Shown here piece after piece: positions 8,860-16,531 of a stretch of DNA of 20,781 bases (the first letter of the stretch is position 1; every line of letters begins with the position of its first letter). Origin of the DNA: Promethearchaeia archaeon (GTDB lineage Archaea > Asgardarchaeota > Lokiarchaeia > Sigyniarchaeales > SOKP01). Made by a program: the position numbers and the translations under genes. The stretch is from positions 1-20,781 of the forward strand of contig JAHQWG010000044.1 in assembly GCA_029856045.1 (NCBI GenBank), in the 5' to 3' direction. Under the pieces are notes generated by a model. It did not search any database, was not told the origin of the DNA, and saw nothing but the letters and a program-made list of their open reading frames with translations.

Positions 8860-9447
8860 ATGAGTATTGAATGGCCTAAAATTGAATCTGGTCCATCTAA
8901 AAAATATAAAATTGAGGGAAACGTATTATTAGATTTACGAGAGAAAACTTATGACCTGGAAAAACAACTCTCTGCTGTTAAAATGGATTTAGAAAAAAAT
9001 AATAATGATTTAAATGAAACTAAAGAGAAATTATCAACTACTGAAAAGAGTTTGATCGCTCTTAAAAAAGAAAAGGATGATTCAGATAAGAAAATAACCG
9101 AACTTAAATCTGAAATACAATCGGTTAAATCAGATTTAAATGATGCTAATGCAAAAATTTCTAAATTGGAAGAACAATTAAAAAAAGAATCTGAAGATAC
9201 ATCTGAATTGCATGAAAAAGCATCAACAAGATATCGAGAAGTACAAAAATTAAAAGAAATAATTGATGAAAAATCAAACGAAATTAACGAACTGAGACAT
9301 AAAATCAAAACTCTGATGTCTGATCTGTCTGTCGGACATACTTATGAAGGTGTTCAAAAGAAAATCCAAGAAGTCGTTGACCATAAAGGCTTCATTACAG
9401 ATCGAGAGATACAACAACTCTTCAAGGAGTTTGGATTAGATCTCTAA
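8860..9447 (+). CDS. Coiled-coil protein, paralogue C (195 aa)
   Basis: MSIEWPKIESGPSKK head, shorter rod, KGFITDREI tail; ATG 8860 preferred to TTG 8851 by paralogue alignment. Confidence 0.88.
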   Translation: MSIEWPKIESGPSKKYKIEGNVLLDLREKTYDLEKQLSAVKMDLEKNNNDLNETKEKLSTTEKSLIALKKEKDDSDKKITELKSEIQSVKSDLNDANAKISKLEEQLKKESEDTSELHEKASTRYREVQKLKEIIDEKSNEINELRHKIKTLMSDLSVGHTYEGVQKKIQEVVDHKGFITDREIQQLFKEFGLDL

Positions 9448-9707
9448 TTATTTAATTTATATAGCTTATTTTATTTTATTCTGAGCATTTTTTATTTATT
9501 TTAAACTTGGATAAGAATGAAATTCTAAATTAATCTCCCATATTTTTCAATAAAACACGCTTAACTACTCTATTAACTAAATTTTTAAAAATTATATATC
9601 CCTTTATCTGTTTTTCTTTAAATACATATATTCTATTTTTATTTTAAATAAATTAAAATTTAAAAATTTCAGAAGTAAGTTAATTATTTACTCGAAATTT
9701 CCAATTA

Positions 9708-12029
9708 ATGAATATTAATAAGTGGTCTAATTTGAGTGAGTTTGGAAATGATTATGACGATTGGAGTGATGATGATTTTCCTGATGATTGGGACGATGAA
9801 GGTGCAGATAATAAATATGTAGATAATGATGACGAGCTTCCTGATGATTGGGACAACGAAGATGTAGATATTGACTATTTAGATGACGATGATGATGATG
9901 AGCTTCCTGACGATTGGAATAATGAGGATATGGAATATAAAGAATTAGAAAATGATAACGATAACGATCTTCCAGACGATTGGAAGGATGATTCAATTAA
10001 TCCAAAAGAATCTTTCCAACCGAAAAATCTCTCTCTAACAGAAGATGATTTAAATCAAAATCATCAATTAGAGAATAACTTAAACGGTTTTTCTAAAGAT
10101 TTTGACGAGAAAATAGGAGAAATTGATTCTAGAATTAAAGGAAATATTTCAGAATTGTCCTTGATAAAAGATTTATTAAGAAATGATATAAAAACTTTTA
10201 CTCCATATGGAGATGCACAACACTATGATCTCATTATTGAAAATAACGATAAATTTTCAAGGATCCAAGTAAAGACTGGAACTTTTAATAAAGATGGATC
10301 TATATCCTTTCCACCATTTAGAACTTGTAAAGGTGAATACAAAAGTTATGAAGGAGATATTGAGTATTTTGGTATTTTTTGCCCAGAAAATAATAAATCC
10401 TACCTTATACCAATAGAGAGTGTTGGGTATGATAATAATTTTAGTATATTTCGAATAGGGAAGGAAAAGCAAGAGAAATTTATCATTGAAGTAGGTTCTC
10501 ATATTGATTATAAAAAAAATAAAAGTATAATTTCTAAAAATGACAATTCCATTCAATTAATGAAAGAAGGAAAAATAGTTTTAGATCAATTAGGCATAAA
10601 TAAAGAAAGAATTCTTATTTACGATGATAATATTAAGTTGAATGAAGGCAAAACCAAACATGTTTTTCATGAATTTAAGATTTCTGAAAAAAATAAACTT
10701 ATTGGTCATAAAATTACAACTCCTACACAAAAAGACATTTCTAAAGTGGCAGTTTCCTCAGATCTTATGAGAACAGGCATTATTATTAGTAATCCTATTA
10801 GAAACAATAATAATTATGATTTTATCCTAGTAAAGAATTATGAAGTAAATCGTAGAGATCTCCAATTTAAAGATAAAATCAAAGAGAATACACCGCAATT
10901 TTATAAAGTAAAAATAATTGAAGCAAAAATTGAAGAAAATAAGATTAAAGTCCCTTCAGATGAACTCAATTCAAAAACTCAAATTGATTATTGTGGGATA
11001 TATGATCCACGAGCTAATAAATCTTATCTTATTCCTGTTAAAGATATTCAATTTGAATTGAAAAATCCTAATGAATATTTGATTAATAAAAATAAAGAAT
11101 TGGTCGAAAATTTTGATCCAAAAAAGTATGGTGAAATAAATGAAATGATAATAGCTAGAGAATTTATGAAAAATGGCTATAATGTATTTACTCCCATTAT
11201 TGACAATGAAAGATATGATTTAGTCGTAAAAAAGAAAGGAAAATTTTACACAGTTCAAGTTAAAACTGGTAGAACTTATTGTGAAAAGGATAGTGCATAT
11301 GTGAGATTTGAAGCTTCTGTTCAAAAATCTGATAATTCTAGAGTTAATTATAAAGGTTATGTAGATTTTATAGCGGTAATTAATCGTAATTCGGATCATT
11401 GCTATTTAATCGATGTAGATAAATTACCTAATACTGATGGAAAATTAAAATTAAATGAAGAAGGAAAGGTTCATCACGGAACAATTTGGGCAAAGGATCA
11501 AGAATTTAAGAATATAGTTAAAATTGTACAAAAGTATGACATTGAGCAACAAAGAAAGATAACGATTAATAAACAAATACGTGAAATTACTAATAAACCC
11601 ATAGAAATTCGGCAAAATTTAGAAAGAAACCAAATAATAGACATTTTAAGCGGAAATATAAATTATGACGATATAAAATCAACAAACAAAATGTTAGATG
11701 AATATAGAAAAAATTTTGAAAATAAAAATCCTAAATCTAAGGCAATATATCAAAACATCATTACTAGAGATTTTAGAGATTTCCTTATAGAAGTCCCTGA
11801 ATTAAGAACTCAAATTATAGAGAAATTAAGACAAGAAGGTCTTTATGCGGAAGATGATAACAAACATCAAAATGTTTACGATTATATAGATAAATTTTAT
11901 GAGGAAAATGGCAGAGGTCCTAATACTACTGAGTTGTATCAAAAATTTTTAAATTGTAAAAGTTATATGTTAAGAAAAAAAATTAATGAAATTCGTAAAA
12001 ATAAACCACATTATTATAATGATTTATAA
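9708..12029 (+). CDS. Multidomain protein: acidic PDDW repeats, three group I intron-associated (I-Ssp6803I-like) PD-(D/E)XK nuclease domains, and a possible C-terminal wHTH
   Basis: Domain 1 KGNISE..PYGDAQHYDLII..RIQVKT..YLIP; domain 3 YGEINE..PIIDNERYDLVV..VQVKT..YLID; domain 2 degenerate (YDFIL..KVKII..YLIPV); tail YDYIDKFYEENGRGPNTTEL. Confidence 0.8.
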   Translation: MNINKWSNLSEFGNDYDDWSDDDFPDDWDDEGADNKYVDNDDELPDDWDNEDVDIDYLDDDDDDELPDDWNNEDMEYKELENDNDNDLPDDWKDDSINPKESFQPKNLSLTEDDLNQNHQLENNLNGFSKDFDEKIGEIDSRIKGNISELSLIKDLLRNDIKTFTPYGDAQHYDLIIENNDKFSRIQVKTGTFNKDGSISFPPFRTCKGEYKSYEGDIEYFGIFCPENNKSYLIPIESVGYDNNFSIFRIGKEKQEKFIIEVGSHIDYKKNKSIISKNDNSIQLMKEGKIVLDQLGINKERILIYDDNIKLNEGKTKHVFHEFKISEKNKLIGHKITTPTQKDISKVAVSSDLMRTGIIISNPIRNNNNYDFILVKNYEVNRRDLQFKDKIKENTPQFYKVKIIEAKIEENKIKVPSDELNSKTQIDYCGIYDPRANKSYLIPVKDIQFELKNPNEYLINKNKELVENFDPKKYGEINEMIIAREFMKNGYNVFTPIIDNERYDLVVKKKGKFYTVQVKTGRTYCEKDSAYVRFEASVQKSDNSRVNYKGYVDFIAVINRNSDHCYLIDVDKLPNTDGKLKLNEEGKVHHGTIWAKDQEFKNIVKIVQKYDIEQQRKITINKQIREITNKPIEIRQNLERNQIIDILSGNINYDDIKSTNKMLDEYRKNFENKNPKSKAIYQNIITRDFRDFLIEVPELRTQIIEKLRQEGLYAEDDNKHQNVYDYIDKFYEENGRGPNTTELYQKFLNCKSYMLRKKINEIRKNKPHYYNDL
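9750..9992 (+). repeat. Intragenic imperfect tandem repeat encoding (F/L)PDDW x4
   Basis: TTCCWGAYGATTGG recurs with a 60-66 bp period (aa 25, 45, 67, 89). Confidence 0.85.
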
Positions 12030-12092
12030 TAATCATTTGATTTTCAAAAAAGAATAATTCAGATGATTTTATGCCAAGGAGGGGATTTGAAC

Positions 12093-12122
12093 TTTCGGAA
12101 AGCCTCCGAGGTGGAAACTCTT
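12093..12122 (-). other. tRNA-Phe intron 2 (30 nt) at position 52/53
   Basis: Helix TCGG/CCGA, cuts GG^A and AA^G; stem AGAGTTTCC/GGAGGCTTT. Confidence 0.9.
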
Positions 12123-12160
12123 CCCCGATACCTGGATCTTCAGTCCAGTGCGTTCCCGGG

Positions 12161-12199
12161 TTGCGTTGCATAATGGAAAAATATTGATCCACTATACAT
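12161..12199 (-). other. tRNA-Phe intron 1 (39 nt) at position 15/16
   Basis: Helix GCGT/ACGC, bulges AG^A and AA^C; 11-bp intron stem TGTATAGTGGA/TCCATTATGCA. Confidence 0.9.
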
Positions 12200-12328
12200 C
12201 TACGCCACCTTGGCTTTTCTTTTTTATTTATTCTTTTACTATATTTTATTGGATTAATTAAAAATATTTTAAAAAATTATGTAATAATTGTTTTGTGAAT
12301 TAAACGATTTAAAAATATAAGAAGAAAA

Positions 12329-12399
12329 TGCGCCCGCCGGGAATCGAACCCGGGCCACAGGCTTGGAAGGCCTGAATACTACCTCTATACAACGAGCGC
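12329..12399 (-). tRNA. tRNA-Gly(TCC), intronless
   Basis: 71-nt cloverleaf: GCGCTCG/CGGGCGC, CAGGC-CTTCCAA-GCCTG, CCGGG-TTCGATT-CCCGG. Confidence 0.95.
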
Positions 12400-12461
12400 G
12401 CATTAAATTTTTAATATAATATTATTAAGAATAATCTATTTTTTTTTAATTTTTGGGAAAT

Positions 12462-13139
12462 TCATTCATATAATTTAATAGCCAATTCATAGAAAGTAAT
12501 TATTCTACTTGTGATAATCCATGAATCTAGATTTTCATTATAGAGGCAAATCAAGTTTTCAGATATAGATAAAATATCTTCATTAAACATTCCTTTTTGG
12601 AAACCGCCAATAAGAACTAACATTTTTTTAGTTAAATCTGAAGAAAATAAGGTAATTGGATTTTTGGTTAAGTTTCCTTTACTTGAGAGTAAAAATTTTT
12701 CATCAGGATTTATATCAATAATTAAATCTTTTAAGGAGCCAGAATATTCGGATATTAAAGTTTCTTTTTCGGATTTGATATTTCGGTTAATTAATAATTT
12801 TGCTATGAGACCTTTAAATCTCTCGTAATTACGTAGAATCCGTAGCCGCGGATTAATTTTAAAAATTTTATTATTTATAGTATGAATATAGAGTTGTAAA
12901 AGCCCCTTTTTATTTAATGGAGAGCCTAAGGAATTAAGTAGGAATTGATGCACGATATCGGGTCTCCCTCTTTTTTCAGCATTGGGAAGTTTATACATAA
13001 TTGGATGATATATTGCATTATCAAGGATCATAGAGGGGTAATAATTAGGATCATAGTTCTTATTTGTGATTTTTTCTGATTTTAATTCATTAGGTATTAA
13101 TTCAAGTCCAGTTTCTGCAAGAATTATAATTAAAGGCGT
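12462..13139 (-). CDS. nep1: 16S rRNA pseudouridine N1-methyltransferase Nep1/Emg1 (probable non-canonical ACG start)
   Basis: RGRPDIVHQFLL..SPLNK.G.L..YIHT, R..RNY.RF.GL and IGGF motifs; the conserved N-terminal strand (PLIIILAETGLELIP) lies 36 codons upstream of the first ATG (13031); exact start uncertain. Confidence 0.9.
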   Translation of the reverse strand, partial: TPLIIILAETGLELIPNELKSEKITNKNYDPNYYPSMILDNAIYHPIMYKLPNAEKRGRPDIVHQFLLNSLGSPLNKKGLLQLYIHTINNKIFKINPRLRILRNYERFKGLIAKLLINRNIKSEKETLISEYSGSLKDLIIDINPDEKFLLSSKGNLTKNPITLFSSDLTKKMLVLIGGFQKGMFNEDILSISENLICLYNENLDSWIITSRIITFYELAIKLYE

Positions 13140-13155
13140 AAGATTTCTCAGCTCT

Positions 13156-13515
13156 TTATGAATAATTTTCTTTTTTTTCTTTTCTTATTTTCGGGTTTTT
13201 CTTTTTAATATAATAACGAGTTTTATTATTACAAATAAAACAAGTTAAGGTCACATGAGAACCTTTTCCCCGACGTGATTGCATTCGATAACGACAATTT
13301 ACTCCGGGAACAAGAAATTTCTTACAGGAATGACAAATTCGCCTTTTTAATTCCTTGGGTATTTTTAAATTTGCACTCCGACTGTAAGCTTGGCAGAGTT
13401 CTATATATCTATTTGCCAGATCTTGATCTTTCGGAAATATTTCATCCGCTCTATCAAATAAAAATTTTATCCGTGAGAAAGCGATTTTTTTAATAATTTG
13501 TTTATTTTTTTTCAT
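13156..13515 (-). CDS. rnp4: RNase P protein component 4 (Rpp21)
   Basis: IA..RI..LF, LA.RY, KRRICHSC...L.PG.N, LTCFIC zinc ribbon. Confidence 0.93.
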   Translation of the reverse strand: MKKNKQIIKKIAFSRIKFLFDRADEIFPKDQDLANRYIELCQAYSRSANLKIPKELKRRICHSCKKFLVPGVNCRYRMQSRRGKGSHVTLTCFICNNKTRYYIKKKNPKIRKEKKENYS

Positions 13516-13808
13516 ATTATGGAATTTTTAGGAGAATATTTTTTTTTAATATCATATTTTGAAATGATGAAGGTGTGCCCTCGTACATCAAGTAAAAAAG
13601 AGTTTGTTTTATTTTTGACCAGTTCAGCTAAGTCTTTAATCTCTATTTCAGCCAAGGCTGATTTAAGGGCGTGAATTTTTAATATCTTTTCTTTTTTGAG
13701 CATTTTAGATATATGATTAATCAACCCCTCGGAAGTTATCCTTGTTTTTCCAATATTAACTAACGCTTTGCTATGTAATACATCAAAATACTTATTTCTC
13801 AGATTCAT
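13512..13808 (-). CDS. YhbY/CRM-domain RNA-binding protein
   Basis: VNIGK, ILKI..LK and VRGHTFII motifs; overlaps rnp4 by 4 bp, a known archaeal neighbour. Confidence 0.85.
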   Translation of the reverse strand: MNLRNKYFDVLHSKALVNIGKTRITSEGLINHISKMLKKEKILKIHALKSALAEIEIKDLAELVKNKTNSFLLDVRGHTFIISKYDIKKKYSPKNSII

Positions 13809-13922
13809 TATCTTAAATTATAAAATTTCCGAAAATTTTTTAATTTCTGTTGATTTTTACAAATAATAAATAAATTAAAATATTCATAAAATATCAAGTT
13901 TTGCTCGAGCAGTATAGAAGTT

Positions 13923-14345
13923 ATGTCGATTTATAGTGTAGAACCAATAATGTTGATACAAGCAGTATCCGAAAAATTAAAGGAATATTCAGAAATAACA
14001 CCCCCAGAAGATAGTCAATTCTGGAAGACCGCTTTTTACAAAGAGATCGCACCTTTGGACCAAGAAAATTTTTGGTATATTAGATCTGCATCGGTCTTGC
14101 GAAAGGTCTGGAAGTTTGGTCCAATCGGTGTAAATCGAATGAGAAAAAGGTATAGTGGAAAAAATCGAAGGGGTTCAAAACCTGCACATAGTGCAAAGGG
14201 CAGTGGCAAAATAATAAGAGTAGCAATGCAGCAATTAGAAGATGCAAAATTACTAGAAAAAACAGAAAAAGGCGGGAGAAAAGTATCTCCCGAAGGTATA
14301 TCGCTTCTAGAACGAACTGCTCATTGGATTCTACGAGAAAAGTAA
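13923..14345 (+). CDS. rps19e: 30S ribosomal protein eS19
   Basis: FWKT...KE..P, WYIRSASVLRK, PIGV.R....Y, GSGKIIR..MQQLE. Confidence 0.97.
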   Translation: MSIYSVEPIMLIQAVSEKLKEYSEITPPEDSQFWKTAFYKEIAPLDQENFWYIRSASVLRKVWKFGPIGVNRMRKRYSGKNRRGSKPAHSAKGSGKIIRVAMQQLEDAKLLEKTEKGGRKVSPEGISLLERTAHWILREK

Positions 14346-14405
14346 AAATCTGAACACACTTTTTTGCAGGGTCTATAAGTTCAGAATTAAAGGGTGTAAT
14401 AATTA

Positions 14406-14753
14406 ATGAGTAACGAAGATGAAGAACTGGAAAGAATAAGAAGAGAGAAATTATCACAGATTCAACAACAAGCTGCACAAGAAGAAGTTACAAAACAACA
14501 ACAAAAAGAACTCGAATTAAAAAAATATAATATAATGCGGCAAATTCTTTCACAAGAAGGAAGGCAACGATTAGAAAATATTAAATTGGTAAAACCAGAA
14601 TTTGCTCAAATGATTGAGTTACAATTAATTCAGATTTTTCAAGCAGGAAGACTAAGAGGTCAAACACCATTATCTGATGAACAATTTAAAAAATTATTAG
14701 AGCAATTAACCCAGAGTTCGAAAAAAAGAGATTTTAAGATTAAACATTTTTAA
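14406..14753 (+). CDS. PDCD5-like dsDNA-binding protein
   Basis: DEELERIRREKL, MRQILSQEGRQRLENIKLVKPEFA..IELQLIQ; canonical position after rps19e. Confidence 0.93.
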   Translation: MSNEDEELERIRREKLSQIQQQAAQEEVTKQQQKELELKKYNIMRQILSQEGRQRLENIKLVKPEFAQMIELQLIQIFQAGRLRGQTPLSDEQFKKLLEQLTQSSKKRDFKIKHF

Positions 14754-14791
14754 TTAAAAATTAAGTAAAATAGATATTAAAGCTGACAAAC

Positions 14792-14953
14792 ATGAGTAGA
14801 AATAAAGATTTAGCCCATAAACTCCGCAGAGGTAAAGCACTTAATCAAAATCGCTCAGTGCCAACATGGGTAACGATGAAAACACGTTCAAAAATAAGAA
14901 GTTCTCCTTATTCCCAACGACATTGGAGAAATCAGAAATTAAAGAAAGGATAA
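14792..14953 (+). CDS. rpl39e: 50S ribosomal protein eL39 (53 aa; absent from the ORF track)
   Basis: Manual translation MSRNKDLAHKLRRGKALNQNRSVPTWVTMKTRSKIRSSPYSQRHWRNQKLKKG. Confidence 0.96.
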   Translation: MSRNKDLAHKLRRGKALNQNRSVPTWVTMKTRSKIRSSPYSQRHWRNQKLKKG

Positions 14954-14970
14954 CAAGAATGGTGTGAAAC

Positions 14971-15459
14971 GTGGGTAAAAAAAAGGAAAAAGAAATTAGT
15001 CTTGACGACCTAGAGGAAGAATTAATTGAAGAAAAAGAAGAAACGGGAGACGAAGTAGTAGAGGAGGAAGAAGAGATTGAGGAAATCGAAGAAATCGAAG
15101 AATTTAGTTTAGATGAAGTAGCTGAGAAAGAAGAAATTGAGGAATTATTTGAGGAAGAAGAGGCAATTGAACGAGAAGAAGAAATTGAAGAAATTCCGAA
15201 AGAAGAAGAAATTATCGATGAAAGAATTTATATCGTTCCATTATATAAAGCTAGACATGGACCCAGAAAAAAATGGGCAAAAAAATCTGTTAGATATTTA
15301 CGAACATTTATGACTCGCCACTTTAAACCTGAAGCTTTAATTATATCTCAAGATGTTAATGAAAAAATATGGTCTCGAGGTATAAGTAAACCCCCACGAA
15401 AAATCAAAATAAGAGCAACAAAAAATATAGATGGACTAGTAGTGTGTTATCTGGCCTAA
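14971..15459 (+). CDS. rpl31e: 50S ribosomal protein eL31 with ~80-aa acidic N-terminal extension
   Basis: ERIYIVPL, RHFK, VNEKIWSRGISKPPRKIKIR; GTG start after GGTGTGA. Confidence 0.94.
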   Translation: MGKKKEKEISLDDLEEELIEEKEETGDEVVEEEEEIEEIEEIEEFSLDEVAEKEEIEELFEEEEAIEREEEIEEIPKEEEIIDERIYIVPLYKARHGPRKKWAKKSVRYLRTFMTRHFKPEALIISQDVNEKIWSRGISKPPRKIKIRATKNIDGLVVCYLA

Positions 15460-15490
15460 TTCTACTATTTAGACAAGAAAAGTGAACTGA

Positions 15491-16156
15491 TTGGTTATAG
15501 TAAAGTCAAAAATTTTTGGTGTCAATTCTTTAGGTGTCTATTTAGCAGCAAATAATTCTTGGGTCTTATACCCGCTGAGTATTGACCAAAATTTACTTTT
15601 AAAATTAAAGGAAAATTTTGATCTTTTAATTCCCATTAATATTAATAGATCTCCACTTCTTGGTGTCTATGTTGCATTAAATAATAATGGAATTCTCTTA
15701 CCTAGAATAGTATATGACGAGGAATTTAAAAAACTAAAAAGAGAAGTTGGAGATTCTTTTCAGATTGAAGTTATTAACTCATTGGACAATGCTTTAGGAA
15801 ATATGGTTTTATGTAATGATAAAGGTGCTATTATTAGTTCTTTTCTCAAGAACCATCAGAAAGTCATTAAAGATGTTTTAGATGTAGAAGTGAATGTATT
15901 TGAATTCGGAGGTAATCATCTTCCCGGCTCTAATGGAATTACTAACAATCATGGTTGTTGTATTCACCCCCTCTCTACCGATGAAGATGTTGATATTGTC
16001 TCTAATTATTTAAAGGTACACGTTGATCTCAGTACGATCAATCGGGGTATTCCCTATTTAGGTTCTGGGGCGATCGTAAATGATACAACTGGAATTTTTG
16101 GTTTACTTTCAACAGGTCCTGAATTGATGAGACTAACAAATGTTCTCCACCTTTAA
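15491..16156 (+). CDS. eif6: Translation initiation factor 6 (aIF6)
   Basis: GVY...N, NNNGILLP, ALGNMVLCNDKGAI, TNNHG..IHP, TINRGIPYLGSG, TGPEL. Confidence 0.95.
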   Translation: MVIVKSKIFGVNSLGVYLAANNSWVLYPLSIDQNLLLKLKENFDLLIPININRSPLLGVYVALNNNGILLPRIVYDEEFKKLKREVGDSFQIEVINSLDNALGNMVLCNDKGAIISSFLKNHQKVIKDVLDVEVNVFEFGGNHLPGSNGITNNHGCCIHPLSTDEDVDIVSNYLKVHVDLSTINRGIPYLGSGAIVNDTTGIFGLLSTGPELMRLTNVLHL

Positions 16157-16260
16157 TCTGTATTTTATTTTTATTAGAAATTACTAAAATTTTAATGTTT
16201 AAAAAAATATAAAAAATTAAATTAAAATAATCGAATCAATCAAATATCGTTGAAATTGCA

Positions 16261-16494
16261 GTGAGTGAAGTCAAAATCTTTAGAATTTCGGGATTTTACA
16301 CTAAGTCTAGAGTGAAATATTTATTTAGAAAAGATGTTCGGGCTATAAAAGAAGAAGATGCACTTGAAAAAGTCTTAACCTTAATAACTTCAACAGGTTT
16401 ATTAAGGAGGCATATTAAAATTGAGAAGGTTGAAGTAATTAAACCAGAAGAAACAAGTGATATGCTTTTAAGAGAAATTTCCACAACCAAATAA
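16261..16494 (+). CDS. rpl18a: 50S ribosomal protein eL20 (L18Ae/LX)
   Basis: VKIFRISG, F.KDVRA.KEEDALEKV, RRHIKIEKV; position between eIF6 and pfdA. Confidence 0.9.
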   Translation: MSEVKIFRISGFYTKSRVKYLFRKDVRAIKEEDALEKVLTLITSTGLLRRHIKIEKVEVIKPEETSDMLLREISTTK

Positions 16495-16531
16495 AAAATA
16501 TAATATTTTAATTAAATATTTTGTGATTAAA

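Larger units (their letters stand above)
12072..12214 (-). tRNA. tRNA-Phe(GAA) with two introns (15/16 and 52/53)
   Basis: Spliced 74-nt cloverleaf: acceptor GCCAAGG/CCTTGGC, D arm GCGT-AG^CCCGGGA-ACGC, anticodon arm CTGGA-CTGAAGA-TCCAG, T arm GGGG^G-TTCAAAT-CCCCT. Confidence 0.94.

Noticed and set aside
9750-9992. 60-66-bp periodic repeat as a CRISPR array
   Set aside because: Repeats are short, degenerate at third codon positions and in frame within a CDS; no cas genes
6467-10556. Minus-strand ORFs at 6467, 6787, 7303, 8949, 9727 and 10257
   Set aside because: Ser/Phe/His-rich antisense shadows of Glu/Lys/Asp-rich genes
9450-12071. Integrated element bounded by a tRNA-Phe att duplication
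   Set aside because: I saw no duplicated tRNA 3' fragment and no integrase in the window
11983-12192. 69-aa ORF on the minus strand
   Set aside because: It lies over the tRNA-Phe gene and its introns; spurious
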